Shown: piece after piece, positions 57,427 through 59,530 of the stretch | Layout of the letters: each line of letters starts with the position of its first letter | How positions within the stretch are numbered: position 1 is the stretch's first letter | From: a virus | Taxonomy: Duplodnaviria > Caudoviricetes | Virus record (IMG/VR): IMGVR_UViG_3300030110_001912 | Coordinates: 1-59,530 of that record | Length of the DNA: 59,530 bases | Direction: 5' to 3' (one strand) | The notes under the pieces: model-generated | The model's database searches: none | Told to the model about the DNA's origin: nothing | Seen by the model: only the letters and a program-made list of their open reading frames with translations | Made by a program: the position numbers and the translations under genes

Positions 57427-58216
57427 AGTTATAGACAAAAATAAAATAAAATTATTTGTAGCTACCCCAGTGCATGGCAATGTTACAATACATTATTTAC
57501 AATCAATAGTAAAATTACAAAGTGTATGTCATTCAAACAATATTGATTTTTATTTACAAACTATGAAATCAAGTTTAGTTACACAAGGTAGAAATTTATG
57601 TGTTGCAGATTTTATGGCAACAGATTGTACGCATTTATTATTTATAGATAGCGACATATTATTTGAGCCTATGTCTATATTAAAAATGTTAGAAAAAAAT
57701 GTAGAGTTATTAAGCATACCGTATCCTATGAAAATGATACAATGGGATAAAGTTTTTGCTAAATATAAAGACATTCCAAATATGTCAGAATTACAAGCAT
57801 CAACTGGTGGTAACATGTTTCCAGTAAGAATCAAAGACGAAGAAAATGATATTGAAGTGACTAATGAAATGATAGAGTTAGCTTTTACTCCTACTGGTTG
57901 TCTATTAATGAAAAGACAAGTTATTGATAAAATGATAAAACATTACGGTCACATGCAAATTAATCAAGAGACTGTAGTAGATGGTAAGAAAAGATTAAAA
58001 CCTCATTTGTACAACTTTTTTGATACTTACTACGATGAAGAGAAGAAAAGGTACTATGGCGAAGACTTTGCTTTCTCTAGATTATGGACAAAAATAGGAG
58101 GTAAATGTCATGCTCTTGTCACAGAGTATATTACTCATGTTGGAGATTATCAATTTACAGGTAGGTTAATTGACGAAATGATGTCCCAAAGTATTGATAC
58201 TTCAGTCAATAAATAG
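57413..58216 (+). CDS. Glycosyltransferase-like, GT-A fold
   Basis: FVATP, RN, LLFIDSDI, TGCLL..R, GEDFAF, THVG. Confidence 0.8.
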   Translation: MQNNEVIDKNKIKLFVATPVHGNVTIHYLQSIVKLQSVCHSNNIDFYLQTMKSSLVTQGRNLCVADFMATDCTHLLFIDSDILFEPMSILKMLEKNVELLSIPYPMKMIQWDKVFAKYKDIPNMSELQASTGGNMFPVRIKDEENDIEVTNEMIELAFTPTGCLLMKRQVIDKMIKHYGHMQINQETVVDGKKRLKPHLYNFFDTYYDEEKKRYYGEDFAFSRLWTKIGGKCHALVTEYITHVGDYQFTGRLIDEMMSQSIDTSVNK

Positions 58217-58254
58217 TAGAATATCCTTATATATCAAACTAAGGAGTTTTTTTT

Positions 58255-59058
58255 ATGACACCACTAATACCTATAGCAGCTGGAGTAGGCAGTTTTTTGC
58301 TAGCAAAAGCTAGTGGAGCTAGTAACCGAGACTCATTAATTGCAGGCGGAATAGGTGCATTAGGTGCATATGGATTAGCTGGTGGTCAATTTGGAACTGG
58401 TAAGGCATTATTTACAGGAGCAGATGCAGCCACAAAAGGTGGTTTGTTAAATATTGGAGCACAAGGAACAGGTTTAGCGATAGGAGCTGGAGTTGGAGCA
58501 GGCACTTTATATTCTGGTTTAACTGCACCAGATGCTCCACCAGTAGATATGTCAGGACAACAATTTACAACAAACTTTGAAGGTGTAGCACCAGAAGCTT
58601 ATAAGAGAGCTACAGAAAATTTACAAGGTATTACTCAACGAGCCTCTTACGCACCAGATCCTTCACAACAAGGTGCAGTGCAACCAAGTGTATATGATTT
58701 TACTAATCAAGAAATGTATCGTGCAAAAGAAGGTGGATTAGCAGAAATTAAAAGATTTAGAGAAGGTGGTGTAAATTACCTTCCTAGTAAAATTGATCAC
58801 GATGAAGGAGATGTTAATAATTATGTTAGAGCTACTGGATATGTAGAAGATGGAAGTGGCAATGGGGACAAAGATAAAGATACTATGCTTGCACAGTTAG
58901 CTGACGGAGAGTTTGTTAGTAGAGCTGATGCAATATTAGGAGCTGGAATTATGGAAGGAGCCAACCCAGAGGATTTTAAAGAGATGCGTAGGATGGGTGC
59001 TAAATTTTTTTATAAACAACAAGATCAGTTTAAAAGGATTTATGACATTACATCATGA
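58255..59058 (+). CDS. Putative internal virion protein
   Basis: Gly/Ala hydrophobic N-half; AKEGG/FREGG; DTMLAQLADGEFV motif. Confidence 0.6.
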   Translation: MTPLIPIAAGVGSFLLAKASGASNRDSLIAGGIGALGAYGLAGGQFGTGKALFTGADAATKGGLLNIGAQGTGLAIGAGVGAGTLYSGLTAPDAPPVDMSGQQFTTNFEGVAPEAYKRATENLQGITQRASYAPDPSQQGAVQPSVYDFTNQEMYRAKEGGLAEIKRFREGGVNYLPSKIDHDEGDVNNYVRATGYVEDGSGNGDKDKDTMLAQLADGEFVSRADAILGAGIMEGANPEDFKEMRRMGAKFFYKQQDQFKRIYDITS

Positions 59059-59468
59059 TACAAATACTCTCTTTAGATGCAGATGTATATTGGGGTGAAG
59101 CTTCTGTAAAAATAAAAGATGCAATAGATTTAAGCAACGGTAGACATACTTTAGAGACTACATTAGAAAAGATTAAATCTGGGCAAATGAAATTATGGGG
59201 TGTAGTTTATGGTGATATTTTGTTAAGTGTTTTTGTTACTCAACGTACTTTATACCCTAATAAACAAGTTTTATCTATTTTATTTTGTGGTGGTAAATCA
59301 GTAATAAGATATATAAAAAAAATAGAATCATTTTTTAAAAATGAAGCAGTAGTAAGTGGTTGCAAAGGAGTAGAAATAATTGGAAGAAAAGGTTGGGCAA
59401 AGGTTATAAAAAAAAACAAAAATTTAAAGTTTGAAGATAAAGGGATTTTTTATGAAATGGATACTTAA
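59055..59468 (+). CDS. GNAT-like virion-associated protein
   Basis: GC..VE..GRKGW.KV motif; located before the ejection proteins. Confidence 0.5.
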   Translation: MIQILSLDADVYWGEASVKIKDAIDLSNGRHTLETTLEKIKSGQMKLWGVVYGDILLSVFVTQRTLYPNKQVLSILFCGGKSVIRYIKKIESFFKNEAVVSGCKGVEIIGRKGWAKVIKKNKNLKFEDKGIFYEMDT

Positions 59469-59530
59469 ATTACTACCAAATAAATTTAAAGTAAAGTTAT
59501 ATAGTGATTTATACAATGATATAGCTACCA
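59396..59530. repeat. Terminal direct repeat, copy 2
   Basis: Matches 1-135 with one mismatch. Confidence 0.97.

Noticed and set aside
1-59530. tRNA, rRNA, CRISPR array, integrase, RNA polymerase
   Set aside because: None recognised by eye; tRNAscan and HMM searches are needed to confirm absence
1-59530. Alternative genetic code or stop-codon readthrough
   Set aside because: Core genes are intact in the standard code and all three stops are used

Overview
The window looks like a complete, circularly assembled, AT-rich (roughly 30-33% GC by eye) tailed-phage genome of about 59.4 kb; bases 1-135 recur at 59396-59530 with one synonymous mismatch. Gene content and order suggest a marine podovirus, plausibly of the SAR11 pelagiphage HTVC023P type (inference). 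The replication module holds an SSB-like gene, AEP primase, UvrD helicase, PolA (Leu762) and an SNF2 helicase. The morphogenesis module runs terL, portal, GroES, scaffold, major capsid, adaptors, fibres, nozzle and ejection proteins. Accessory genes include ArdC, MT-A70, a SET protein, glycosyltransferases and seven 2OG-Fe(II) oxygenases. I saw no RNA polymerase, integrase, tRNA or CRISPR array. The best candidate system is carboxy-SAM-based DNA hypermodification split across the genome. Its parts are a C5-cytosine MTase with motif X Asn replaced by Arg (GRAM, R390) and an out-of-frame second gene, an adjacent glutaminase-less AsnB-like amide ligase, and a CmoA-like domain 14 kb away. That domain is fused into a 1500-aa polyvalent, probably virion-delivered protein that also carries ART-like and HhH-GPD-like domains and a nested gene. 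Other leads are a candidate antisense sRNA complementary to a shared early-gene RBS leader, a recurring [FAMYLKSV]xxG[GD] motif in putative head-cargo proteins, and an ori/pac-like inverted-repeat region. All domain calls are by-eye motif recognition; no searches were run.
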